A stretch of 64,000 nucleotides of DNA from Eledone cirrhosa (taxonomy: Eukaryota). The notes beneath the pieces are model-generated. The model was given only the letters and a program-made list of their open reading frames with translations. It made no database searches and was not told where the DNA came from. The DNA is taken from positions 114,018,001 to 114,082,000 of the forward strand of contig OZ024744.1 of NCBI GenBank assembly GCA_964016885.1. The letters are read 5' to 3'. The translations under genes and the position numbers were made by a program. Below, in pieces: positions 36,540 to 50,371 of this stretch (position 1 is the first letter of the stretch; every line of letters begins with the position of its first letter).

Positions 36540-38480
36540 AAAGGTGGGTCTTCTGTAGTACAGCATGATGTCAGAGATCTCGATCCTGTGTCATCTCCTT
36601 TGTGAAGTTTAATTGAGCAAGGTCAGCTTTTATAACTTCATAAGAAGGGCATCCAGCCATAGAAACCTGCCAGATAGTCCTATACGAGCGAGATACGGTC
36701 ACCTGATCAATCTTGCCTCAAGTGTGACAATTCCCATCTAACCCATGCTAGCGTGGAAGATAGATGTTAAACGATGATGATGATGTTCCCAAGCGTTCCT
36801 AGGTCTTCCTCTTCCATATTTTCTTTTGACTATGAGTGCCCTGCATCATTTTATACAGCTGTCATCCCCCATATGCATCACAGGTTTATACCACCACAAT
36901 CTCCTCTCCTACAAACTGCATCTGACTCCTGTTATGCCTAGTTTCTCTCTCAGTTCAGTGATGCGTTGTATTCATGCACACTACTATTACACATCCATTG
37001 AAGCATGCAAACTTCATTTCTTTCCAATCTTCTTAGGTTCTCTGCAAATATTGCCCATGTCTCACTGCCATGCAGCATTGCTGTTCATAGCTGTTCATAC
37101 ACACATCATACAATCTGCCTTTCATTTTGAGGGAGAGATCCTTTGTAGCTAGCAGCCGTGGTATCTCCCTGAACTTTTTCCACCCTTTTCTCACTCTAGC
37201 TACTGTACTTTCAGAACACCCGCCTCCACTGGTCACGCAGGTAACAGAAGCTGTCAACTGCTTTTGCAGAACCCTCTAAGAATTTGATAAAGCTTTTTTT
37301 TTTGCGAGTGCTTGTTACTTATTGCTCCTGTGCATTGACCTCATGTAAAACCTATGTTCTTTGTTAACCTGCCTGAGATCCTGCTACAACTCTTGTGCAC
37401 TCATAGTTTGCATTTGGGACAGAAGATGGTTTTTCTACCCATCCCTTTTCTACACACTGAGCAGGGCCATTTCCCTAAAGGCATCATGGCTTTGTTTTCC
37501 TTTCTAGGACTTTGCGAAGTTGACTTTAAATCTTTTTGATTCTAGGCTATGCTTCCAGGTCCGGAATTTTTCCTCTAGTTCTATTATAGATTCAGCTATG
37601 AAAGTTAGATCATCAGTATACAGGAGTTCCCAAGGGCATCTGGTTTTAAACTTTTCTGTTATAGCCTGGAGGACAATAATAAACAGGAGAGGGCTAAGGA
37701 CAGAGCCCTGGTTGTACACTAAACTCCTCACTATATTCATTACTAATCTTAACCTTGCTGATGTTCCTCTGTACATGGCTTGTATTGCCCTCACAAGCCA
37801 CTCGTCAACCCCTAGTTTCCTAAGTGTCAACCAGATTACAGAATGGGGGACCCTTTCAAATGCCAAGTAGAGGGGTTTACCATTAACTTGATACATCTCC
37901 TGCAGTTAGTTGCTGCACAAAGAAAACGGCATCAGTGGTACTTTTTCCTGATATAAATCTGAACTGCATCTCATCTAGTTTAATTTGATCCCTTATCAGT
38001 TGTACAATGACTTTCTGTAACTTTCATGGCCTGGTCCATCAGTTTGATGCCTTGGTAGTTCCCTCTATCTAGAGCATCCCCTTTATGGTTGACGATGATG
38101 CTGCTACGCCAGTCATTGGGTATGACACCATTTTGTATTACTTGGTTTACAATATGGGTGGTTATGGAGTGTCCTAAAATCCAGGATGCTTTCAGTAACT
38201 CAGCAACTATTCTTGATGGCCCTGCTATTTTGGCTGTCTTCATGTCTTCAATTGCCTTACTACGCTGCTGCTGACATGTACAGCTGGTCCCCTTGTAGGG
38301 TCCACCTGGTGCAGGCTATCTTCCTCCCATACATTCACACATTTTCCTCATTCATCAGTCTCTCATAGTGACACTTCCATGCTACTTTCTTTTCAGCATC
38401 AGTGAGGGCAAGTGCACCATTGTCATCTGGGACACATTTCTCCCCCACAACACAATTTTCTCTGACACACTGCTTAATGG
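36540..38480 (-). mobile_element. RTE-PHD family LINE, degraded; contains an inverted tail fragment at 36642-36785
   Basis: NYQGIKLMD, QGSVLSPLLF, LYTDD, GGGCSES..RVRKGWKKFRE. Confidence 0.88.
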
Positions 38481-40150
38481 GTTGTAATGTATTAATGTAT
38501 TAGCCTCGATAAAATATATTCTGCTGTTCATCTTCATATCGAGGCTAAAACTATAGAGTTATATAACTACTTTCAATTAGTCAATATATTGATTGTTTAT
38601 TTTGTCATTTGAAGCAGTCGTAAAACAATGGATTAATTAAATATTAAACCTTCTCTTATTTCTTTTAATTGTTCGACATTATATATCTGACTCTGTCACT
38701 CTTTAAATAAGTTTACATGTAATAAGTTTACGACATGTAATAAGTTTACGACATGTAATAAGGTTCCACTTTTCCATAAAAACATATTTTAATTTCTTTC
38801 AATTCAATGAGATAATCAGATCTTCACTACATTGAGTTTTAATCGAGTTAGAGTCTACGTTAATTGAGTACAATATTAATGTATCTACATATATACATAC
38901 AATAATGATAATTGCTATGGTCAGGTGAAGATATTCATAACTCATTTTATTCAGAATCTGCTACAATACATATTTCTGTAGTGTTAATAATTACACAATA
39001 CTACCATCACACAACCAACACAACTTCCTGAGACAGCATCTTAAGTAATAAGGTTGTTATATAAATGCTATACATGTTATCAACCAAGGAACTGGATGAA
39101 ATGTTACTTGTGTGAGGGTCCGGCCCCTTAAATACATATATATATATATATGTTATGTGTTATGAAGAAATATAGAAGACTCGTCTTTCCATGTGCATGG
39201 GTTGAGGCATACATCTTGTACACAGTACTTTCCCCCTCCACCTTCCATACAGCTCCACATTTTAACAACCCTTCCCCACCCACGTCCCTCTTCCTCTTGC
39301 ACCTCCCATGTCCTAATACTCCACCCATGCCTGAACACCCTGCCCCCCACACACGCCCCTAGATATACACCCCTCCCCCAATTGCCCAGCCCACACTGAG
39401 AAGTAGTCTCGTAGGTAACATGACAAAAAGCTCCCAGTCTACACAAAGGATGCTTTTGACATAAGAAAAGGCATCTTGCTCAAAAGGAATTGTATTTTGG
39501 CCGGGTTTTTTACAGATGAATACCCTTCCTAACATCATCCACTGAGTGGTCCCACTTATGAGGCAAGTTTGGCCAGTTGGCCACGCTGTACTTTGCTCAT
39601 ACTGGACTGCATTTCAGCTGGATTTTTATGGCTGCTCGACATCCTTAACACTAACCATGCTTATAGTGTGGAACTGGGTAATCCCAGTTGGCCATGTTGA
39701 ACCTTGCTCATAGTGGCACCTGTGTTTTGACTGGGTTTTACAGCTGCTGGATGCCCTACCTTACAGAAACCATATTTTTCCAGTGTGGGACTGGGTGGTC
39801 TTGATATGAGGAGGGTTGACCAGTTGACAATGGTGACCCTTGTATATAGTGAGACCTGTTTGGGAAAGAGGGTGAGTGTGAAAAGCAATGGGCAGGAAGG
39901 TTGTGGAAATGATGAACAGTGTAAAGCAATGTCTGCAGAAGGTAGTAGATAGGAGAGTGGGATGCTGAGGGTTCTGTTGACTAGAAGACATTTACTAACA
40001 TTGAAATAAATACAGGGAACTCTGGAAAAGTAATGACTGAATAATTAATTCAAAATATAGGAAAATAGGTTTATCTTAGACGTCAGGGTTGTTTTGGTTT
40101 TTTGAGAATGGAAGCAACAGCATATTGCTATCTATTTATCTATCACTCTA

Positions 40151-40151
<1 letters not shown>

Positions 40152-40226
<75 letters not shown>
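40152..40226. repeat. (TA)n microsatellite
   Basis: Read directly from the sequence. Confidence 0.95.
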
Positions 40227-40229
<3 letters not shown>

Positions 40230-40940
40230 ATATCCAAAATTAAGATAAATTAAATGAATTTAATCTAAATCAAAATTATGGGTGTCATGCCAGAAAGACA
40301 TGCGCCATATCACCCGGAAAATAAGCTCTAAGATTCTAACGAGTAGGTCCGAGCATTTTATAATAACTAGGAATTGATTAACATATAAATAAACATGAAT
40401 AATCACAGGAGATAATTTTTACAAATGTGTAACCACACATAGCTAGGTAGGTAACTAAATAAAGTTGACCAGAACTTCAAAAATAGATACCTTATAATAT
40501 GATTAATCTTCCCTGTATATATTCCATTAAAGAAATATATTTCACCAATTAATCGGATGGTAAACCACGGAAGTGGAGACTTGGATTTTCAACAAGGAAG
40601 AAGTTCCAGCAATCCGTGTTTACACTTCAAGTTCAAATCTGCGACTGGCCTTCACCACGTGTTGTATTTACTAGAAATACACACATCATAGTAGCTTCGT
40701 CCCAGTGGCGTGAATAGGGTTATCGACAACTAGAAACAGCAGTCGAGTCCTTTCAACAGAGTTAGCTCTACAATTAAGGAGCCGTATTTATATATCTATA
40801 TCCAAAATTAAGATAAATTAAATGAATTTAATCTGCTCGGACCTACTCGTTAGAATCTTAGAGCTTATTTTCCGGGTGATATGGCGCATGTCTTTCTGGC
40901 ATGACACCCATAATTTTGATTTAGATTAAATTCATTTAAT
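40227..40940. mobile_element. Element with direct plus inverted terminal repeats, probably a Penelope-like remnant
   Basis: 40227-40265 is repeated directly at ~40795-40834, then 40835-40940 is the reverse complement of ~40248-40354. Confidence 0.5.
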
Positions 40941-41807
40941 CATCGTTAACTCCTACAAGGGCAAAGGAGATGCTCGAGATCAAAGGTTCTCAACCCATTT
41001 TGCCCCTCAAAATCACGAAACACCCCTCTAACCTATTTTTCCATTTTTCAATATACTACTGATTTTAATATCAATAGATTACTCGGCCAAATCAAGTCAT
41101 CTTAGAATCTTTAAAAAATACTCGTACGAATTAAATACAAAAAAGTTTCAGTCCAAAACAACAAGCTATTTCAAATTATATATTTTTGAAATAAAAAAAA
41201 AATGATTTGATCTCAGTTGAAAAAGCTTTTTTTTTTTTAAATTCCATAATTTCACTGTTAGCTGTTGTAATATTTTGAGTGGATAGACAATTCTACAATT
41301 CAAACTGTAAAGTCAAAATATGAAGAATTTCTTACCTTTCTCTGAAATCACAAACTCAGGGGAAAATAGTACCTTGCAAAATAATATATCTCGTAGCAAA
41401 ATAAAATACTTAGTAGCAAGGAATGAATTGAGAAGCTTGGTGACTGAGAAAGCAATATCTGTATCCCTTATTTATATACATAGTTAGATACACACACACA
41501 CACATAAACGCGTGCACATACACACACACACACATAAACGCGTGCACATACACACACACAAACTTGTGAGTGTGTGCCTTGGTTTTGGTACAGAAAGAAT
41601 TTTGTCTCCAGTTTTTATTGCCAGGTCAAAGGCCACTGCTCTTTTCAACAACGTCATATATTTATATATATAAATGAAGAGAGAAATGGGGGGGACAGAG
41701 AGAGTAAGAAATGTGTGTGTGTATGTTTGGTAAACATCTATCTATCTATTGTATTTGTCCCCTTCTTTTGTGCCCCTGTGGCTAATAAAGAAACATATCT
41801 CTCTATC

Positions 41808-44800
41808 GACCGGACGTGCGATAGATTGTTGGTAAGTTTTTGTAAAGTTTTCTATACAAAAACAGAATTTATTGTATGAAAATTTATATTGTTTGATAGA
41901 TTAACACCCAGGCTGAATTGTCAGGTGGGTGGTAATCTCAGTTTTCGCCCCTGTGGGGCGAAAATTTAATTGAAAATATTGAGAAGTTTTCAAATTTTCC
42001 TAACTTTAACAATGTGTGACTTACAGAGAACGCTAGGCAGCGAGAAGAGAGGGAAAGAGGCAGATATAAGCGTTATATCTCCCTCTACTTCCATAGAAGT
42101 ATCTATGAAGACAAACAACAACAAAACTTCGTTTCATAAAGAAATGGATATTTGCACAACAAAAGATGAAAATAACAGCCCACAACAGACACCAAAAAAT
42201 ACAGAAAATGCAGAAATTAACACAACTCCACATTAAAAAACCAACAACAACAACAAAACTGAAAAAACAACATTCTCACAGACTGTAATAAAAAAAACGG
42301 AATATAAATAATTGGACATCAGCAATTCAAAACAGATGTTGTGTGATGCGAGACAAATTATAACATTGGAAGAAAAGGGTGGGTTTCAAATAAACTCACC
42401 CTTGGATATTAAACAAGAAACAGTTCGAAGAACGGTAACCTTCAGAACTGTCTCAAATCAAATAAAAAAGCCGGTATTCCTCAGTCAAGGGGAAATTGAA
42501 ACCAGCTTGAAAGAGGCTCTGCCGAACATTGATTTTATGCAGAGGGCCAGACTATATGGAAGTATTTTGGTACTTTTTAAAAGCGAGGCTCTCGCACAAA
42601 AGCATTCTGTTACACCAGTCATCACAAAAACATACACCTTTTCCTCTACTTACATGGGAAAAAGAACACAAAAAATTAAAATAAATAATATACCACCAAA
42701 TATCAACATTTGGTGGATCTTAGCAGAGTTCATAGAGCCAGAAAGTGACACAATTCTTTCGGTCAGGAAGTCGACCAGACAAAGGTGGACAGGGACAAAT
42801 TTGGAAATTCTGATACAAATGAAACCAGAAAGAATTTCCAAAATCCCCGAAAGAGTGCTGGTCAACAACCAAAACTACATAAACATTGTCACTGAAGGCA
42901 GAAAGCCACAGTGTTTTCGATGTGCAAGCACATCACACCTAAAAGCCTCCTGCCCTTTACAAACAAATTTTTAAAAAAAGTACTTTTACCAACACCAAAA
43001 CAATCACCACCACCACCACCACAACAACAACACTCAAAACAAGCAAACACACACAAACAAACAACCACTCACCAACAATCAACAGAAAAAACACAGACAG
43101 CACCCCTGAAGAACAGCCCCACCCCACCACACTCAATCCAACACTACCACAAACACACACCAAAACACCATCACCACACAACATACCCCTACCCCACACT
43201 CCTGATGATGATTATTCACCAACAGATGAGGCTGCTTCTCCTTCTTTAAGTGAAGTAGAAGAAGAGCCTCGGAAATCAAAAAAAAACAATAAAAGAGACA
43301 CCACAAAACCCACAAAACCCAATCACCAGCACCAACACACAACCACAGACACAAACAACACCACAACCAAACCTCCCCCTATCAACAAAACAAACACCAA
43401 CACCACCCCAAACACAAAAAAGAAAACTCACAGACGAACAAGAAACTAAAACAACACAACCAAAACAAACAATATGCATACATCAACACCAACAACAAAA
43501 ATTTGATGGAGGTCATCTCACAGGACCCCAAAGTGGACACTAAGGGGAAAACGTTTGTAAAAGCAGACTCTCAACCACACCTAAAACTAATAAGGGTTTC
43601 GTTAGAAACCTGTCAGAAATTGAAAGAACAGTTTTCACAGGACGTTGACAACCCCTGCCAAAAACCAATAAACCGTGTCCTGTTGAAATGTTTCCCCACC
43701 CCACTAAACACCCCTACCAGAACTGAAATGGAGATTGAACAACCCGATCTCCAGGAAACGAAAAGGTAAATGCACCTTTTCGAACTTTTCGCCAACTCTT
43801 CTCCATCAACATGGCTGACTTACGAGTTGGAAGCGTGAATGTGCGTGGCCTAGGGATTCCCTGGAAACAGGGCCAACTTTTAAACGACCTTAGGTCACAC
43901 TGTATAGATGTAATAGCCATCACCGAGTCCAGGATCCACAACAGGCAGCAACTAACCCCCATCTTCGACGACTTTGAGATCTACGCATCTCTCTGTCAGC
44001 CAGGAGATGGAGGTGGAGTGGCTGTCATGTTTCGGAAAAACCTGGATCTCGAAGTACAGCAAGTACACTTGTACCCGGAGAGTAGACTGGTAGTCCTAGA
44101 CATGAACAGTATTGGAGATGGAGCCTTCAGACTGGTGGCCGTTTATGCCCCGACTGGGCAATCACAATCGCGGCCAGACTTCTTTAAGCGTCTAGAGTCT
44201 TTTCTGGGAACGTCTCGCTCCTTGCTTTTAGTGGGGGACTGGAATGGTATCCTAGATGCACGATGGGACTATGTGGGAGCATGTCCCAGTAGAGGGGGGT
44301 GCAACAGCCTCAAAAATCTAATCAGCCAATTCCAACTGGCCGATAGATATCGACTGGATTTCCCAACTGCACCACAGTGGACGTGGGCAAACTGCAGTGG
44401 GGCATCTAGATCGTATTTAGATAGGTTTTTCATTAGAGAAAAGGACAAGAAGATGTTAAGCTATCCACAAATGTCTATTCAGATGACAAACTAGTCGTCT
44501 GCATAGTCAACCGTGATAGAATACATAGACAAGGACCCGGATACTGGAAGCTGAACGTGTCGTTGCCGGCATGAAAAACTTACAATGAACGGATAAGTAG
44601 ATTAGTTAAGCAAGAGTTGACGGGAGCCATCGTCAACAATAGATGGTACTCTCTCAAGAGAGCAATTAGAGTAGAATCGATAGGGATTAGCAGAGAATTA
44701 GCTTTAGAGAAAAACAAATCAGAAACAGAACTAGTAGCCAAGGTAGAAGAGGCGATTAGGAGTGGCAACGCAGCTAGAGTGCTAGCATCGAGAACGGCAC

Positions 44801-47420
44801 TGGACCAGTTCTTCGATGTGAAACACGAAGGCTGCGTGGTCAGAAGTAAATCACGTGCTCTAGGAAACGAGGGAGCAAAAGCTGTTAACTGGGCCCGAGT
44901 GACGGAGGCGAAAAGTGACAACAAATCCACGATTCGGTCTTTGAAAGACCAAACCGGACGCGTGCTACTTGACCCCAGGCAGCAGCACTTTGCATGACTG
45001 TTTGAGCAGAACGACGGTGCACCGAACGGGGCAATGGACTTTGGTTCATACCTCGACGGCCTGCCACATCTCCCGAGCACAGACGCCGAGTTCTGCGAAA
45101 GACCAATCACAGCCACTGAGATACGGGACGCTCTGGGCCGCTGCGGGAAACGCAAATCACCTGGTCTAGATGGTCTACCCTATGAGTTTTACATAGGCAT
45201 GCTGGACTTGTTCTCTGGTGTCCTTGAAGCCGTCTACTGCTATTGGCAGCAGAACGGGAGAATTCCCAGTTCTGCAGGCAAGGGCGTAGTAACGCTGATC
45301 AGGAAAGACAAGAACAAGGGGGGACGAAATAAACAATAACTCTGCTCAACACAGAGTTAAAGATTTTGGCCAAGGTGCTAGCAACGAGGCTGGCGCTTGT
45401 CGTCGAAAACCTGGTAGGGAAAGCACAAACGTGTGCAATCCCGACCAGGAGGTCCATACACGACAACCTCCACCTCATGCGATACATCATAGAGAGGGTG
45501 GGGTGTAAACCCGGCTTCGGTGGGGCTCTGATCAATTTAGTTCAGTCTAAGGCATTCGATAGGGTCGACCATCGATACTTGGAAGCGGTTCTCAAGGCGG
45601 CCGGTTTCGGTTCTGTTTTCAGGGGTTGGATCAAGGCGATTCACACCAGCATCTGCTCGAGGGTCAAGGTGAACGGCTACCTATCGGAGCCGTTCGCAAT
45701 CACGCGTTCCATTCGACAGTGGTGCCCTCTCTCCTCCATTCTGTACGTATTGACTCTAGAGCCACTACTGCCGAAGCTGGAGCTTTTGCAGCGCATCCCT
45801 TTAGAACCGGGACGGTGAAAAGCGGCATCGGCTTATGCTGACGATGTGACGGTAATGGTGTCGAAAACCTTGGAAATCAAGGTAATCGGCAACCTACTAT
45901 AGGAATACCAAAGGTTCACAGGAGCAAAACTGAACCCGGACAAATCTGTCGGTTTGCAACTCAGAACGTGGAGAGGCAAACCGATGCTGTCGGATGCTGG
46001 ACGGAAGGACTGGTGAAATTGCTAGGGGTCTGGTTCGGTCCAGACCTCCAGGTGGAGAAAAACTGGAACGAGGTCATGGCCAAGGTATTTGCGCTCACCC
46101 AAAAGTGGGCAGAGTGCAAACTGTCTTTGAAAGGTTGAGCGGAGGTGGCGAACACTTTCATAGCGTCCGTCATCTACTACCGCTTGACTGTCGTGCCTTG
46201 TCCCCGTGAATACCTCACCAAGATGGCACGCATGCTCTTCCAGTTCCTGTGGAAGAAGCAGGCTCCACTGGTGAGGAGATCCGTCTGCTGTCAACACCCT
46301 TCCAACGGAGGGCTGGGCATGCTGTGGCTAATGATGCGCAAACATTGGCTGAGGCTACGGCATCTCCAGGTATTCCTCACCAATCAACCGGTGTGGGCAC
46401 CGTTTGTGAGACAGGCCTTCCCACAACTTGTCTCGCTGATGGAGCTGCAGTCCTGGGAGAAGCGAAGACCGAAGAAGATGGGCGTCTGGCACATTGAATG
46501 CGCCCAGGCGCTCACAGTCCTCTTTCAAGTAGGCACAGCAATCAGTGGAGACTCCACATCGACATTCTATAGAGGGTTAGTACTTTACAAGTGTGACGAT
46601 GTGCTCGGGGAGACTCTAGGCGTTGAAGACGACGAGCTCACCAGTCTGTTCGGTAGGACTTTCCGTCCGGGACCTATGGACAACTTCCAGAGGTCCCTGG
46701 CCTGGCAGTGCTACCGAGGAGCTCTACCCATTCGAGATAAAATCTACAGGCACGGACGCCCCGGCAGGGATCTTTCCAAGAGGACGTGTCCAAGATGCGA
46801 GCAGGCCATTGAAACCATCTTGCATGCAATTGTACACTGCCCGGGCGTAAGTGACCTGTGGAACTATGCAGAACAACTGCTGTCGCGTATGGGACACATC
46901 CAGTTGACTGCCGAGTCCATAGTAAGGATCAAACCGCCAGCCTCTTTCAAAAACGAAAGAGAGACGGTTTTCCTCTGTACAGTGGCTATGGTGAAAGAGG
47001 TTATATGGTGGACGAGATTGAGAGGACTGAGGACAGATGCCTTTCTCTCTGGACAACAATTGATTCCCTTCTTTAAGTATCACTTTAGAAGGAGAATCAG
47101 GATGGAGAGAGGTAAATTTACTGAAAGGTGGGTGAATGAAGCGAAAATGGCCCGAGTAATTGGGCCTTCTCTGTTTATAAGCCTGTAGGTTAAAGAAGAG
47201 AGCAAAAGGAAGAAGGGAGCACTTGCACAACACCCTGAAGTTGAGGGTTATTCTATCTATGGGGTATTAAACAACCCATTTGTGGCGCTTCCCCCCTATT
47301 GGGGATTTTGATTGTTATAATTGTTTGTTTCAATATTTTTACATGACTGTGTAAAATCCCCGGCATGTGTCTTTGTATTGTCCCCTTTTCTTGTGCGCCC
47401 TTGTGGCAAATAAAGAAATA
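41808..47420 (+). mobile_element. Tx1/L1-group LINE, apparently full length but degenerate
   Basis: 5' UTR; ORF1 ~42013-43769 with RRM-like KIKINNIPP and CCHC CFRCASTSHLKASC; ORF2 43811-47188 (APE, RT, CPRC..HAIVHC); 3' end CCCTTGTGGCAAATAAAGAAAT then (TCTA)n. Confidence 0.92.
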
Positions 47421-48824
47421 TATCTATCTATCTCCAACAGGGGGCTCAAACATGGTAGACCAGACTGAAAAAAGAAAATATATATGTGTATGTGTGTGTA
47501 TAATATATATATATTAGAAACACACACATATATATATTCTTACACACTTAAATATAAATGCATGTGTATATACAAATGTATAAATGCATAGCTATATACA
47601 TACATAAATGTATATATGTATGGACCGTAACAACACATTGGGATGGGAACTTCCCTCAAGCTATAGGGACTTCTCCGGGACGTGTAGTCACCTCAGGGCC
47701 GGGACCTTCCTCAAGCTATATGGACAATAACAACACATTGGGATGGGAACTTCCCTCTAGCTATAAGGACAGCAGCCCCATCACACCGACCCCACGGTAA
47801 ACCACCCCCTGCACAATCACCACCCCTACCCCTGCCTCGATCGACTCCTGCGACAACACATACTTATGCATATGTCCATACATAGATACTGTTATATAAG
47901 ATTGTACATGCACAGATACTTACATGTGTGTGTGTGCATGTGGGTGTGTGTGTGTGTGTGTGTGCATAGGGGATACACCTGGGCCTGTGCTTGTGCGTGT
48001 GTGCTTGGAACGATGTGAGTTGACATACACGCATATGTACTCTGCCGAAATAGGAACTGTAGTCCTCTGTATTCCCGGTTTTTAACACTCGGGTTCTGGT
48101 GTTTTACACTCCACCCTTGTCTCATTTGCTCTTAAAACGCACCACACCATGATAGTGTAAAGATTGTGATCCTTTGCACTTCTCGATTCTGACACAGCCT
48201 TTCTACTTCAGTCAATATCTTCCAAATCTTTCAAACTTTGAGATTGGTTATAACACGCACGCATTTTATTTTATTCTTTTATTCTTTTATTATCTTATTC
48301 TTTTTATTATTTTATATTTTTTTTGTTTATTTTTTTACTTTTTTATCCATTTATTTTCTTCATTTTATTGCCTCTAATTCTTTTATTTCTCCATTTTACA
48401 TAATCTTATTTCTTCATCTGTTTGCTCCCCCCACCCGACCACCACGGGGGAAATGGTGGGAGGATGGATGCCAACCCACACACACAAATTCTTCTAAACA
48501 TAGCAGCAGCCGAACTAAAGCTGACCTGACTACTGACCCCTAACACCAATACAAGGGAGGAGGTCAGCTGTACTTAACAAAAACAACCACAACAGATTGC
48601 CTAGCCTCAGAAAAATTTCTATAGACTTTTGACTGAGGAATGTTCTCACAACTGACCAATGGGAGGAGAGAATGTCCTTTGATGCTGAAATTCGTTTATT
48701 CGAATTCATATGATTCCAGTTCCTCAGAGAAATAACAACCTAACCAGGAACTGGGCATATCGGAGTATTGACGGAGTTAAACACCTCAACAACATGTGTA
48801 CCTGTCGCTACCACACCAATTCGG

Positions 48825-48879
48825 ACTGCCTGAAGAGGTCACAGCCAAAGATGGCTGTCACCGAAATATATATAGCAGT
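48825..48879 (+). ncRNA. Minimal type I hammerhead ribozyme (Penelope-associated type)
   Basis: Stem I ACTGC/GCAGT; core CTGAAGA; stem II GGTCACAGCCA-AAGA-TGGCTGTCACC (1 mismatch); GAAA; palindromic ATATATAT stem III; AUA cleavage triplet; AATAAA just downstream. Confidence 0.82.
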
Positions 48880-48918
48880 ACACCTTTAATAAACGATATA
48901 TATATATATATATATAAT

Positions 48919-49254
48919 GGAGGCACATGGCTTAGTGGTTAGAGCATTGGCCTTGCAATCGAAAGGTTGTGAGTTCAATTCTCAGACCGGGTGATGTGTT
49001 GTTTCCTTGAGCAAGACACTTTATTTCACATTGCTCCAGTTTACTCAGCTGTAGAAATGAGATGTTAGGGACTGGGGTCCATATCATTCCACTGCAAAGT
49101 GGTCGTGTAGGTGCCACGGCAAAAAAGCACCCACCACTCACTGTAAATGAGGTTGGTGTTAGGAAGGGCATCCAGCTGTAGAAATCAAGCCAAAATCAGT
49201 TCCCGTCCCACCCTTGCAAGCAGAGAAAAAGCGGACGTAAAATGAAATGATGAT
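48919..49254 (+). mobile_element. SINE family B, full length
   Basis: Near-identical to 27048-27384. Confidence 0.92.
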
Positions 49255-49259
49255 ATATA

Positions 49260-50245
49260 CAAACAGCAATGTTACATGGCAGTGAGACCTGGGCATTGTA
49301 TGCAGAGATCCTGTGCAGACTGGAAAGGAACGAAGCTTGCATGCTCCGCTGGATGTGTAATAGTAATATACATGAATGGCAAAACATAAACAAACTGAGA
49401 AATAAGAGGGATCAGATGCAGTTTACTTGAGAGATTACGTTGGTATGGTCATGTGATGCGCATGAAAGATGACAAATGTATAAAGAAGTGCAAGCCGATC
49501 AAAATTGATGGTTACGGAGTAGGTAGACCCAGGAAAACCTGGGACGACATGATTATATCCGACCTAATTCTAAAATCCCGGAGAGCTCAATTTGCTGGCC
49601 ACTGTCACCGTGCCAGCAAATAGGGATACGGGAATCAGTAGACAGGACCTGGGGGCAGCGATGGGGGACAGGGAATTCTGGGGCATGAGAGTGAGATCCA
49701 TCATCTCGACAGTAGTCGACGAATGATGATGATGATATCCGACCTTGCACACTTGCACCCCTCTAAGACAATGTCACTGGATCGAGATCTTTGGCGCCAC
49801 GCAGTAATACAGAAGACCCACCTTCACTACTTGCAAAGTTAACCTACAGTCAGTAGGCCCCTCCAAACCAAATATACACCCAACCCACTACCACTACTCC
49901 ATCCTCCCACTCCCACCTACACTGCCCTTTCTCTGTAAAGTTATGTTGGTACATCTAGTCCAAACTAATGAGATCGAGATTGAGATCGTGTAGGTGCCAC
50001 GACAAAAGACACACACTTCATGCTGTAATGTGGCTGTGTAGGTAACACGGTAAAAACCTCCCAGTCCACACTGTAAACGTGGTTGGTGTTAGGAAGGGCA
50101 TCCAGCCATAGAATACCTGCCAAATAGTCCTATATGAGCAAGACACGGTCACCCGACCAACCTTGCCTCAAGTGGGACAATTCCCGTCTGACCCATGCTA
50201 GCGTGGAAGATAGACGTTAAACGATGAAGATGATGATGATGATGA
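49260..50245 (+). mobile_element. RTE-PHD family 3' fragment with full 3' UTR; nested short RTE-type insertion at 49566-49734
   Basis: MLHGSETWAL, RWYGHV, GRPRKTW; the nested piece ends (GAT)n and has TSD ATATCCGACCT (49555-49565 and 49735-49745). Confidence 0.88.
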
Positions 50246-50371
50246 TATATATATATATATCAGAAGATCCCGTTAAGGGTGAAAGCTGCAATTCTTTGCT
50301 TAAACTTGAATCTGTTATTTGAATAAATATATATATGTATGTATGTATGTGTGTGCGTGTCTCTATATATA

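Noticed and set aside
41336-41341. Minus-strand 6-nt microexon-like TTTCAG|AGAAAG|GTAAGA
   Set aside because: No partner exons identifiable and such motifs arise by chance; would need RNA-seq.
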